Below are positions 38,072-47,522 of a stretch of 64,000 nucleotides of DNA, one piece after another; position 1 is the stretch's first letter, and each line of letters starts with the position of its first letter. A program made the position numbers and the translations under genes. The notes below the pieces were generated by a model, which saw only the letters and a list, made by a program, of their open reading frames with translations, had not been told where the DNA came from and searched no databases. This stretch comes from Candidatus Heimdallarchaeota archaeon (lineage in GTDB: Archaea; Asgardarchaeota; Heimdallarchaeia; Heimdallarchaeales; Heimdallarchaeaceae), in contig JAHLWR010000011.1 of NCBI GenBank assembly GCA_019057815.1, positions 1 through 64,000 of the forward strand. The letters run 5' to 3'.

Positions 38072-38183
38072 GTTTTGAAGTCAACGATTTAAGATCCTTA
38101 ATGAAAGTGAATATACCTGAAATAAGCAGAGCTAGAGCTAACGTAAAAACTATTCCCAATCCTATCCACCCATAAACATCCAA
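38049..38183 (-). CDS. 44-aa single-TM small protein (not in ORF track)
   Basis: TTG start, MDVYGWIGLGIVFTLALALLISGIFTFIKDLKSLTSKRGSDGTQ; overlaps nucS start. Confidence 0.55.
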   Translation of the reverse strand: MDVYGWIGLGIVFTLALALLISGIFTFIKDLKSLTSKRGSDGTQ

Positions 38184-38344
38184 ATTAACATCAGTCTCCG
38201 TTTTTCATGTCTTTAACTGTTTATCGTTATCTCATATTTAAAATTGTTCTGTCAGAGAAAAATTTCAATTTACCTTTGTATTAAAACATACAAAAAACTA
38301 TAAACACTAAAATATCTGGTTAAAATATATGATAAAACAAACAA

Positions 38345-39154
38345 GTGAAAATTATGGTACTAATACCTGATATAATGTTGTATATTCAATTGGGAACTGT
38401 AATAGTTTGTCTTCTTTATGCTTCAGTTGTTGATATAATTAAAAGAGAAGTTTCTGATATTCCTTGGATTATAATGGCTTTAGAAGGTTTGATAACTACA
38501 ATTATCTTTCTGGTTTACTCTGAGAATAGGAAGTCAGAGTGGATAACAATTGCAATTAATCTAGGGTTAGGGATAATTATAGGTTTGACTTTATATTACA
38601 CAGGGATAATGGGAGGAGCTGATGCAAAAGCTCTTATGGCACTCTCAATAAACACAGCAATCTATCCTTTTAACTTCGAATTGACAAGTTATAGTGTATA
38701 TTCCTATTTACCTCCTATCTTTAACACGTTCTTCAATTGGTTACTTGTGATGATTATAATCTATCCAATACCTTTGTTAATCTACAATCTAATCCTTAAA
38801 ATCAAAGGTACCAATTTGTTTGAAGAAGTGCATGCTAATATGGCAGATAAAATTCTTATGCTTATATCTGGATATATCCTTCCTGTTGAAAAAGCTACAA
38901 AGAGAGTTGATATAGTCTACTCTGAAATCTACGATGACAAAAACGAAAAATGGAAACTAAAACACTTCATGGCTGTACAAGAAATCGAGGAGGAAGAGGA
39001 GTTTAAAAAACAAATCGAAGAAAAAGTAGAAAAAACAGAAAAGAAAAAGATATGGGTTAAAGTATTACCACCAGGAATTCTTTTTCTATTAATTGGATAT
39101 ATAATCAATATTTTAGTGGGTAACGTCTTCTTTGCGATATTGCTTCAATCCTAA
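38345..39154 (+). CDS. A24 prepilin/prearchaellin peptidase (FlaK/PibD-like)
   Basis: ASVVDIIKREVSD and GGADAK aspartates; C-terminal IWV...P. Confidence 0.9.
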   Translation: MKIMVLIPDIMLYIQLGTVIVCLLYASVVDIIKREVSDIPWIIMALEGLITTIIFLVYSENRKSEWITIAINLGLGIIIGLTLYYTGIMGGADAKALMALSINTAIYPFNFELTSYSVYSYLPPIFNTFFNWLLVMIIIYPIPLLIYNLILKIKGTNLFEEVHANMADKILMLISGYILPVEKATKRVDIVYSEIYDDKNEKWKLKHFMAVQEIEEEEEFKKQIEEKVEKTEKKKIWVKVLPPGILFLLIGYIINILVGNVFFAILLQS

Positions 39155-39176
39155 AAAGGAAAAAAATAAAGGAAAT

Positions 39177-40013
39177 TTAAGAAAGCTTGTTGAACTCTGA
39201 ATATGAGCTTTCTGAACAATCTTCCAAAACTTTGTCTATTTTTTTCTTGTAATTTCCAATTATGTAGTTTAAAACTTCATCATAGTCAACACTCAACCTG
39301 TAGCATCTTTTGAAAAAGGGCAATATACTTTTCAGATCTTTATGGAGAATGCGGACAGCTCTAGACAAAGCAATAAGATTGTTACCATAAGGCACAGCAT
39401 CTTTTAATGCAAAGTTTTTTGATTGTAGAAAATCAATTACATATATTTTGTCGTTGTAGAACATTAGATTATGTTCGCTGAAATCTCCATGCACCCACTG
39501 ACCTTGAAACATGTTATGGAGAATGTCAATAACTTGTTCTAGAATTTCATCAGAAGAGATAAGGGAATCTTTCTTAATATCGCTTAATAAGGGAGCAGGT
39601 CCATCAGCATCTCCAATAAGTTCCATTGAAAAACTATATGTCAACCTATTGTAAGGTTGAGGTACGGATAAGCCGAGTTTGAACATATCTAACGTTTTGT
39701 AATATTCAAGTTTAGCAAAATGAGAAATCACTTCATAGGGTGATGAACGAAATGTCTTGTTAATTGTTTCACGATGGGTTGTTCTATGAATTTTGTAACT
39801 TTTTACAGCAACTAGACGATTTTCATAATCTTTACCCCAGAAAACAAAAGCTTCTTTACCTTGCCCAATAACTTGATAAGCTTCTTTAATAAGCCCATTT
39901 TCAATGGCATCCTTGATTGCAATACTAGGAGTAAGTTCACCTATTGCTTCACCAGTTTCTCGATGATACCAATATTTCTCATTGAGCATTACAACACTTC
40001 CTAATAGATACAA
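39177..40013 (-). CDS. RIO-family Ser/Thr kinase
   Basis: GQGKEAFV, AVKSY, VHGDFSEHN, IDFLQ. Confidence 0.9.
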   Translation of the reverse strand: MYLLGSVVMLNEKYWYHRETGEAIGELTPSIAIKDAIENGLIKEAYQVIGQGKEAFVFWGKDYENRLVAVKSYKIHRTTHRETINKTFRSSPYEVISHFAKLEYYKTLDMFKLGLSVPQPYNRLTYSFSMELIGDADGPAPLLSDIKKDSLISSDEILEQVIDILHNMFQGQWVHGDFSEHNLMFYNDKIYVIDFLQSKNFALKDAVPYGNNLIALSRAVRILHKDLKSILPFFKRCYRLSVDYDEVLNYIIGNYKKKIDKVLEDCSESSYSEFNKLS

Positions 40014-40360
40014 GATTTAGATTTTTTAATACGAATCGAAATTTTATTTTAATCACATTCCAACTGAAGGAATCAACAAAACAAATGAAATTGGGGCTTT
40101 GTGAGAAAAAATAGATTCTAACTGAATCAATTGATAATGTAATAAGAAATGTTAGCGTTAACAATCAGTAGAACTGTTAAAAATCAACGTTATGTAAAGG
40201 TATCATAGTACAACCCAAATTTTTCCCAACAAATTCAATCGCGTTAACAATGTTACCAATCATTTGTTCTATGACACCTCCTACAGTTCTATTTTACAAT
40301 AAAGAGTGTTTATTATTTAAGATTAACTCTTTTAGTGAATAGGAATAAGTAATAAAAATT

Positions 40361-40436
40361 TGGTAGTCCCCAGGAGATTCGAACTCCTGTCCCGGGATTC
40401 AGAGTCCCAGATGTTTGACCACTACACTAGGGGACT
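40361..40436 (-). tRNA. tRNA-Gln(CTG), CCA encoded
   Basis: agtcccctagtgtagtggtcaaacatctgggactCTGaatcccgggacaggagttcgaatctcctggggactacca; A1-U72. Confidence 0.97.
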
Positions 40437-40512
40437 TTATTCGTTACTATATCTCCTCATTATTCATGTGTTTTTTAATTTTTCTTTAAAACAGCGGAAA
40501 ATAATATTTAAT

Positions 40513-41866
40513 CTTAATACATAGCAGAAATCCCCTAACTTTAGGTGGGGGATGAATGCGATAGAAACATCTATTCATCTATTACTCGTCTTTTTATAGT
40601 GAAAAAAGTACTAAGGAAATAAGGAAATGAACTGATGTTAACCTACAAAGTGCAACTGTACCCGAACAAACAGCAACAAGCAAAACTTGGTGAACAGTTG
40701 GATATTTGTAGAAAACTCTATAATAGACTACTAGAAGAGTGTAAGAAAGAACAAGAGAAGGGAGAAAAACTCACACAAATCAAAACTCAATCGTTTATAG
40801 TAGGGCTAAAAAATACTTCTATGCCCGAATTGAAAGGAGTACATTCTAAAGTTTTACAGATGGTCAACTACACTCTATGGACAAATATCAAGAGTCTATC
40901 CCAATTAAAAAAGAATGGGCATAAAATCGGTCACTTACGTTTTAAAGGAAAAGGATGGTACAAGACTATCAACTATAACCAGAGCGGTTTCAAGATAGAC
41001 GAAAACAAAAACAAACTAACCTTTTCTAAGATTGGGACTATCAATTGTAGAGGACTAAATAATAGAGTAAGAGAAAACAAAATTAAAGGGATAATACTCA
41101 AACGCACTCAAACGGGTAGATGGTTCGCGAATATACAAATAGAAAACTCTCCAGTAGTTCTTCCTAAAACCTCTAAAAGCGTAGGGATAGATGTAGGGAT
41201 AAATTCTTACGCAGTGGATTCGGATGGACGAGAGATAGAGAATCCTAAAAACATAGAAAGACAATTAAAGAAACTTAAAAATAAGCACAAATCTCTTAGT
41301 CGTAAAAAGCAAGGTTCAAAGAATTGGTTAAAAGCCAAATATCAGTTGGCTAAACTCTACACTAAAGCTGTTGACCAGCGTAAAGACTTCTTACATAAAG
41401 TCTCAAACTTTTATGTAGATAATTATGATATTATCTGTGTGGAAAACTTGAATATTAAAGGACTCACACAGAAAGGTAATAAGAAACACAAGCGGTCACG
41501 CACACTCCATCGTAACATTCTCGACGCTTCATGGGGAATATTCTTCAACTATTTATCTTATAAAGCTGTAAACGCTGATAAAGAACTAGTTAAAGTTCCA
41601 CCAAGAGGTACTACTCAAGAATGTTCCAGATGTGGAGAGATAGTTCCTAAGACATTAAATGATAGGACACACTCTTGTCCTTATTGCGACTTAGAGATAG
41701 ACCGCGACTATAACGCTTCAATAAACATTTTGAAGAGGGGTAAGGGATATGCCTCTTTACTTGTGGAGAACAGACCTCTAATCACTATCACTGCTTCTGC
41801 TTTCGTTAGTGGTCAAGTCTTTTCAATGAATCAAGAAACGCCTACCTTTAGGAAGGTGTAGTTCAT
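40513..41866 (+). mobile_element. IS200/IS605-family tnpB-only (IS1341-like) element; ends approximate
   Basis: Left hairpin atcccctaactttaggtgggggat (about 40530-53); right end gaaacgcctacctttaggaaggtgtagttcat; no tnpA. Confidence 0.85.
40635..41861 (+). CDS. tnpB: RNA-guided endonuclease TnpB
   Basis: YKVQLYP HTH, GIDVG, VENL, CSRC..CPYC, DRDYNA: RuvC D-E-D intact. Confidence 0.95.
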   Translation: MLTYKVQLYPNKQQQAKLGEQLDICRKLYNRLLEECKKEQEKGEKLTQIKTQSFIVGLKNTSMPELKGVHSKVLQMVNYTLWTNIKSLSQLKKNGHKIGHLRFKGKGWYKTINYNQSGFKIDENKNKLTFSKIGTINCRGLNNRVRENKIKGIILKRTQTGRWFANIQIENSPVVLPKTSKSVGIDVGINSYAVDSDGREIENPKNIERQLKKLKNKHKSLSRKKQGSKNWLKAKYQLAKLYTKAVDQRKDFLHKVSNFYVDNYDIICVENLNIKGLTQKGNKKHKRSRTLHRNILDASWGIFFNYLSYKAVNADKELVKVPPRGTTQECSRCGEIVPKTLNDRTHSCPYCDLEIDRDYNASINILKRGKGYASLLVENRPLITITASAFVSGQVFSMNQETPTFRKV

Positions 41867-42057
41867 TCTTCATAGATTACTCTTTGCATATAAACCTCAC
41901 AATCCGAGCAAACGAGAAAATCATAGGATTCTTTATCAAGGTAGTAGATAGTAAATTTCATCGGTTTACCACACTTTCCACACTTAATATCGGATGGCTG
42001 TTCCTCTATAAACACCAACTTTGTGACATCAACTGTAGGTTTAACATATCGAGACAT
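41863..42057 (-). CDS. Small zinc-finger protein
   Basis: CGKC...CSDC; GTGA SD. Confidence 0.65.
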   Translation of the reverse strand: MSRYVKPTVDVTKLVFIEEQPSDIKCGKCGKPMKFTIYYLDKESYDFLVCSDCEVYMQRVIYEE

Positions 42058-42242
42058 TACTAATCACACTTTTTTTATGAAAAAAACTAGTTATATAGTA
42101 CAAAAAATTTGTAGTTTTTATAGGTTTCGAATGTTATGCTTTTAAAATTCAAAAGTATCTATCTTGAACATAATAGTTTTTCAAATAATTTTACACAATT
42201 GAGAGCAAAATATATATACATCTTTATTTTTATCCCACAAGA

Positions 42243-42617
42243 ATGAGTGCTGAGAAATATAAACTGAAGTTTATCTTACCTAATATAGGGGAAGCAAGAG
42301 GAGAGTTAATACGAATTAAGGGACCACATCTCACTGAGAAGATCAATAGAGCTTTACCCATCACCTCTAGAGGTTTGAAGCGAGATGACATGTTTATAAT
42401 TCCCGTAAAAGTAATTTATGTTATTGAACGACCTACATATACCGGTAGGAGGGGAGACATATTATTCTCCTCAACTTCCAAAGCTATTATAATTCTATTG
42501 AAAGAAAAACGTTTTGACTTAAAAGTAGCAAATTTAGGTTCTATCACAAAAAACATTAAAATCTTTGATCAGCCTGCTGTCTCTTCTGGTGTAAGAATTG
42601 AGGTAATTAACGAATAG
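42243..42617 (+). CDS. Cyclophilin-like fold protein
   Basis: P.LTEKI..ALPI.SR, RGDI, LG.I pattern. Confidence 0.55.
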   Translation: MSAEKYKLKFILPNIGEARGELIRIKGPHLTEKINRALPITSRGLKRDDMFIIPVKVIYVIERPTYTGRRGDILFSSTSKAIIILLKEKRFDLKVANLGSITKNIKIFDQPAVSSGVRIEVINE

Positions 42618-42716
42618 TAAATTTTCTAGCTATTACATTTGATGATAAATAAAGCTTACAAAAACTCTTATAAACAGTTCTCATGTCATTAAATCAATAA
42701 CATGTAACGAGGAATC

Positions 42717-43067
42717 TTGATGAGTATTCGTGAAACCATAGGAGAAACTTTCAGTGCAATCAAAAAGGAATACAAGAAAGTCGACTCTGTAGACAAAACT
42801 TTAGATGTTATCTCTTTAACAGGGTTAGTTTTATTCTTCATATCCCTTTTCTCAGTATTTATTGGAAAAGATTTCAATTCTCTAAATATTCCTTTAATTC
42901 TCTATCCTTTAGGAATAGGAGGATTAGCTACTGCCTTGAGGATGAAGAAAAGAGATGATCCTGAAGATATTAGTTCTTTATTCAAAGAATGGTTAATAAT
43001 CACCAGTACATTTACAGCCATGATAATAGTTATATTAATTATTGCTTTAGTTCTTTATTTGAGCTAA
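42717..43067 (+). CDS. Hypothetical membrane protein (3 TM)
   Basis: Three hydrophobic segments. Confidence 0.7.
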   Translation: MMSIRETIGETFSAIKKEYKKVDSVDKTLDVISLTGLVLFFISLFSVFIGKDFNSLNIPLILYPLGIGGLATALRMKKRDDPEDISSLFKEWLIITSTFTAMIIVILIIALVLYLS

Positions 43068-43122
43068 AATCTTTTCTTTGTACCGTAGCAATTTTTTTAT
43101 ATTTCGAAACTAATAGGTAAAG

Positions 43123-44532
43123 ATGATGACCCAAGAAACACATAAAGTTTACACGCGTGTACTTAAATTCGGCTTAAAACTCGGCTTAAAAAGATTTATT
43201 GAAACAATAGCATTTGCTGTAACGATTTTCTCTATAACTTTAATTTATTTTTATTTCATAATATCCTCAGAACTATCACCAATTGGGAAATATGTCTTCT
43301 TTCCTCTCGGAGTGTTTACTGAGATAGTTTTGATATTGAGCTATCTGGATAATCATTACCAGATTAATGTTTTTGGAGAAAACGCTAATAAGCTCTTTTC
43401 GGGAATAGCTATTGCAGCTCTTTCAATAATAATAATGTACTCAACAATTCCAGGTCTATATGAAATCAAAGTAATTGAAGAAGGAAATATATCTTTGATT
43501 GTTCTATTTTTCCTATTAACCACTATTGAAACAGGATATTTTATATTCTCTATTCCGAGAGCAAATTTATCTGAAATGACATTCGGTCTTGAGCATCAAT
43601 TCAAGACGTTAGAAGAGAACCTTCAAAATAAAAAATTGAAAGAACTTCCATTAACAAAAGCAATCACTAAAGGGATAGAAGCGCTGAAAATCAGGATAAC
43701 GGAAGAAGGTCTATGGGGAGAGCTAGATTCTCTATATGAAACTGCAATAGTTTTAGAGCTCTTTCATTCGTTTGGTTATAAAGAAGATATGGAGTGGACT
43801 ATTCCTACAGCAGAAGGTAAAAAACCAATTAAATTGATGAAAGTAATTGACACTCTAAAAACGATAATTGAAACTTCAGAGACAATGGAGCTTTCTTACG
43901 AACAATACAAAATAATTCATTCTATAAGTCTTTATGATACTTCGGTTCTTTTTCCATATAAGCAACAAATTGATGAATTTCACGAAACAATCACAGAGGA
44001 AACAGAATGGGATTTTATAACAAAGTTGAATAGATTTACAGCATATTTACGTTCAAAAACTACTCCCTTGCACTTAATTATGTGTTATGTTGGTGATGAG
44101 ATCGGTAACATTAAGTTACTTGATAAATTAGCAAATATGTTTGCATCTAGTATAGAAATTGTCATCAAAAGAGGATATGCAAGATTTTCAACATCGCAAA
44201 CAGGTAAAACTCCTATTGAGATGTTTTCAAGATTGATGTTAGCATTATATGATATTAGAAGACCTCCTTTAAAAAGGATGCAATTTGTTCAAGCAGTAAG
44301 TGGACAACAGTTCATAGAAGGTTCTTGGGCCGGAAATATAGGAACAACGGGATATGTTATTAAAGCGTTAATACCAGGAGAAAATCCTGATTCATTAGTT
44401 CTTAAGAAAGCAGCTTTATATCTTACAGCTGTTCAAGATAAACAAGGTCTTTGGGGATCAAATATCGAAGAAACAGTGATAGCACTAAACGCCTTAAAAT
44501 CTTTGAAGGAATTAGCTGAACAAGAAGAATAA
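43123..44532 (+). CDS. 4-TM protein with prenyltransferase/terpene-cyclase-like helical repeat domain
   Basis: QW-like motifs EEGLWG, QFIEGSW, QDKQGLWG followed by T....AL helices. Confidence 0.55.
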   Translation: MMTQETHKVYTRVLKFGLKLGLKRFIETIAFAVTIFSITLIYFYFIISSELSPIGKYVFFPLGVFTEIVLILSYLDNHYQINVFGENANKLFSGIAIAALSIIIMYSTIPGLYEIKVIEEGNISLIVLFFLLTTIETGYFIFSIPRANLSEMTFGLEHQFKTLEENLQNKKLKELPLTKAITKGIEALKIRITEEGLWGELDSLYETAIVLELFHSFGYKEDMEWTIPTAEGKKPIKLMKVIDTLKTIIETSETMELSYEQYKIIHSISLYDTSVLFPYKQQIDEFHETITEETEWDFITKLNRFTAYLRSKTTPLHLIMCYVGDEIGNIKLLDKLANMFASSIEIVIKRGYARFSTSQTGKTPIEMFSRLMLALYDIRRPPLKRMQFVQAVSGQQFIEGSWAGNIGTTGYVIKALIPGENPDSLVLKKAALYLTAVQDKQGLWGSNIEETVIALNALKSLKELAEQEE

Positions 44533-44565
44533 GTGAACTACTTCTCCGTTTACAAAAAGAAAAGT

Positions 44566-44640
44566 TGGTAGTCCCGTGGAGACTCGAACTCCAGTCGCCG
44601 GGGTCAAAGCCCAGTATGATTGCCGCTACACTACGGGACT
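44566..44640 (-). tRNA. tRNA-Gln(TTG), CCA encoded
   Basis: agtcccgtagtgtagcggcaatcatactgggctTTGaccccggcgactggagttcgagtctccacgggactacca. Confidence 0.97.
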
Positions 44641-44750
44641 ATTGTTGTCGTCAAATTTCTTTGACAACAAATCATTTTACACTTTGGTTTTAAATTTTTC
44701 TTTTAAACTAAGAAGAAATCTATATTGTAACTAGTGATTACAGCACAGCA

Positions 44751-46712
44751 CTAGTATGCAATTTCATCCCGATTTATGACAGATTTTTTTACCCACGAAT
44801 CACGAAGTGTAATTATTCTATTGAAGACCAAGTTATCTTTACTTGAATCTACAATATCTATACAGAAATAGCCTAATCTTTCAAACTGGTAACGTGAACC
44901 GATATCTGCATTTTGTAGGAATGGTTCAACATAAGCACTGACAATTTCGAGGGAGTGAGGGTTCAAATAATCTGTAAAATCTTCTCCTTCTTCCAGTTCC
45001 ATTGGGTTCTCTTTTATGAAAAGACGATCAGACAATCTTACTTCAGCTTTAATTGCATCGATTGCAGAAATCCAATGGATTGTGCCTTTAATTTTTCGCT
45101 CAACAACAGATGAATCACCATTAGTTTCTGAATCGTAGCTACAATGGATTTCAGTAATTTCCCTTGTTTCATCATCCCTTAGAACTTTTTCACATCTGAT
45201 AATATATGCGTATTTTAGGCGAACATCTTTACCGAGAGTAAGTCTATAATAATCTTCTGGAGGATCTTCCATGAAGTCTTCTTGCTCGATGTAAAGTACT
45301 TTAGAGAATTTGATTTTTCTTGTTCCCATCTCCTTATTGCGCGGGTGATTAAGAATAGTAATTTCCTCAAATTCATCCTTTGGATAGTTAGTTATAACGA
45401 CCTTTAAAGGTCGTAGAACACTCATTACACGAGGGCATCTTTCGTCCAAATCTTCTCTAACGCAATTATCAAAAATTGATTGATCAATAATAGCTTCGCG
45501 CTTTGATACACCGATTTCTTTATAGAATTTTCGAATCGCATCTGCAGTAATTCCTCTTCTTCGTATACCCACTATTGTTGGCATCCGAAGATCATCCCAA
45601 CCATTGACATATCCTTCCTTTACTAATCGGATAATATTTCGTTTTCCTAGAACAGTGTAAGTAAAGTTTGATCTTGCAAATTCTATTTGTTGGGGCTTAA
45701 AGATGGGGTTCCCATTTTCATCATCTAATTGTTCCAAAAACCAATCATATATTTGACGATGGATTTCAAATTCCATTGTACAAATTGAATGCGTTATACC
45801 TTCTATTGAGTCTTCTAGACCATGAGCCCAATCATACATTGGATAAATACACCATTTATCACCTGTATTATGATGTTTTTTGTGAAGAATGCGATAAATA
45901 AGAGGATCGCGCATTAAAAGATTGGGAGATGCCATATCAATCTTTGCGCGTAAAACCTTTGAACCATCGGAAAATTCACCGTTTTTCATTCTTTCGAAAA
46001 GGTCTAGATTTTCCTCTATTGTCCTATCTCTAAAAGGGCTTTCTTTTCCTGGTTCGGTTATAGTTCCTCGATACTCTCTGATTTCGTCTACACTTAAGTC
46101 ATCAACATATGCTTTTCCTTTTTCTACTAGTTGTACAGCATATTCATAGAATTGATCAAAATAATCTGATGCATATAATAATCGATCCTCCCAATCTACA
46201 CCTAACCATTTTGCATCTTCAATCTGAGCTTTAACATATTCCACATCTTCAGTGGTAGGATTAGTATCATCAAAACGCCAGTTGAACTTGCCGTTATATT
46301 CTACTGCAATTCCATAGTTCAGAAGAATTGATTTCGCATGACCAATGTGCAAGTATCCGTTAGGTTCAGGAGGAAAACGGGTATGAACACGACCATTATA
46401 CTTGTTTGTCTTCATATCTTCATTGATAATTGCGCGTATAAAATCAGTACCTTCACCCAATTCACTTTCTTGCTTATCTTCTTTTAGCAATTCAGGATAT
46501 TTTTCTCGTGCAATTTGTTGAATTTCAGTGGTTGTTAGTGAACTAATTAAATTAATCGTCTCAACAACTGTCTCTTTTACAGTTTTTGCTTCTTTACGTA
46601 ATTCTGGATGAGCTGACATTATCATTCCCACTACTGGACCAACTTTAGCTGAACCATGGTCTAGAGTGTTCTGAACAACAAATTTTTCGCATATCCTTTC
46701 TACTGAAGTCAT
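44751..46712 (-). CDS. glnS: Glutaminyl-tRNA synthetase (bacterial-type body, archaeal GluRS-like N-terminal domain)
   Basis: [69 protein letters not shown]. Confidence 0.92.
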   Translation of the reverse strand: MTSVERICEKFVVQNTLDHGSAKVGPVVGMIMSAHPELRKEAKTVKETVVETINLISSLTTTEIQQIAREKYPELLKEDKQESELGEGTDFIRAIINEDMKTNKYNGRVHTRFPPEPNGYLHIGHAKSILLNYGIAVEYNGKFNWRFDDTNPTTEDVEYVKAQIEDAKWLGVDWEDRLLYASDYFDQFYEYAVQLVEKGKAYVDDLSVDEIREYRGTITEPGKESPFRDRTIEENLDLFERMKNGEFSDGSKVLRAKIDMASPNLLMRDPLIYRILHKKHHNTGDKWCIYPMYDWAHGLEDSIEGITHSICTMEFEIHRQIYDWFLEQLDDENGNPIFKPQQIEFARSNFTYTVLGKRNIIRLVKEGYVNGWDDLRMPTIVGIRRRGITADAIRKFYKEIGVSKREAIIDQSIFDNCVREDLDERCPRVMSVLRPLKVVITNYPKDEFEEITILNHPRNKEMGTRKIKFSKVLYIEQEDFMEDPPEDYYRLTLGKDVRLKYAYIIRCEKVLRDDETREITEIHCSYDSETNGDSSVVERKIKGTIHWISAIDAIKAEVRLSDRLFIKENPMELEEGEDFTDYLNPHSLEIVSAYVEPFLQNADIGSRYQFERLGYFCIDIVDSSKDNLVFNRIITLRDSWVKKSVINRDEIAY

Positions 46713-46782
46713 ACTAATGATTCGAAAGAGACAGAATATAATAAATTTTTAGTATTAAGTGAAAAAATGTGAGTGTATTTTC

Positions 46783-46961
46783 GTCCCGAAAAATTGAATT
46801 GAAACGTATTTTCCAAATACAAGATTATTTAACGTTTCAACGACTAATACACGTAAACAGAAAATCGCCTCTACATTTTTAGTACTTCTCAGATAATATT
46901 GTCTCGGGACAAAAACCTTTTTATACCCAATCACGTAAACTATTTTGTCCCGAGACGAAAT
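46783..46961. promoter_or_regulatory. Inverted-repeat operators bracketing a TATA box
   Basis: gtctcgggacaaaa 46901-14 and ttttgtcccgagac 46943-56 are perfect inverted repeats around tttttata; partial site gtcccgaaaa at 46783; cacgtaaac occurs twice. Confidence 0.75.
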
Positions 46962-46987
46962 AGTCGAGGAAAACAGAGGAGAAAAAC

Positions 46988-47506
46988 ATGAAAAAGCATG
47001 AAAAACTCAGAATAAATGCGAAAGAAGCCAAAAAACGTTCATTAGATTTAGGTTTAGTGATTGTTTACTTTGATCAAATTAAAGGACCAGTTATTCTAGT
47101 AAACCACTCCTCTTTGGATGAGCGTGAACTCTTTCATTTATCAGTTAATGGAACAAGTTCCATGATGAGTGGTGTGAATTATGGTCCAGAGGATACACAT
47201 CGTTTTCGAGGAATCTTTCCTGTCAATGACAGATCTTTTGCTTACTGCTTCGACTCACTCATAACTGTTGATCAAACAGAAAGGTGTTCTTATACACCAA
47301 TATTGCTATTTGTTGTTTTCCCATCTTCAGAGTTAAATTCTTTCGGATTGAATATTAAATCTGTTGAAATGCTTCTAACTAAGTACACTGTAAACAGAAT
47401 AGAACTTTCTCGATTCACTTCAAAATTTTGCGCTTCTGTATGTTTTTCAATTACGAAGGAATTCCAGAAACAGATTTCCGTACTGGGACAAAATTCAAAA
47501 CTATGA
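46988..47506 (+). CDS. uDENN/longin-like domain protein
   Basis: LVIVYFDQIKGPVIL (FD...GP motif); similar layout to N-terminus of 12104-12874. Confidence 0.55.
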   Translation: MKKHEKLRINAKEAKKRSLDLGLVIVYFDQIKGPVILVNHSSLDERELFHLSVNGTSSMMSGVNYGPEDTHRFRGIFPVNDRSFAYCFDSLITVDQTERCSYTPILLFVVFPSSELNSFGLNIKSVEMLLTKYTVNRIELSRFTSKFCASVCFSITKEFQKQISVLGQNSKL

Positions 47507-47522
47507 AAGATAAGGTGACACA

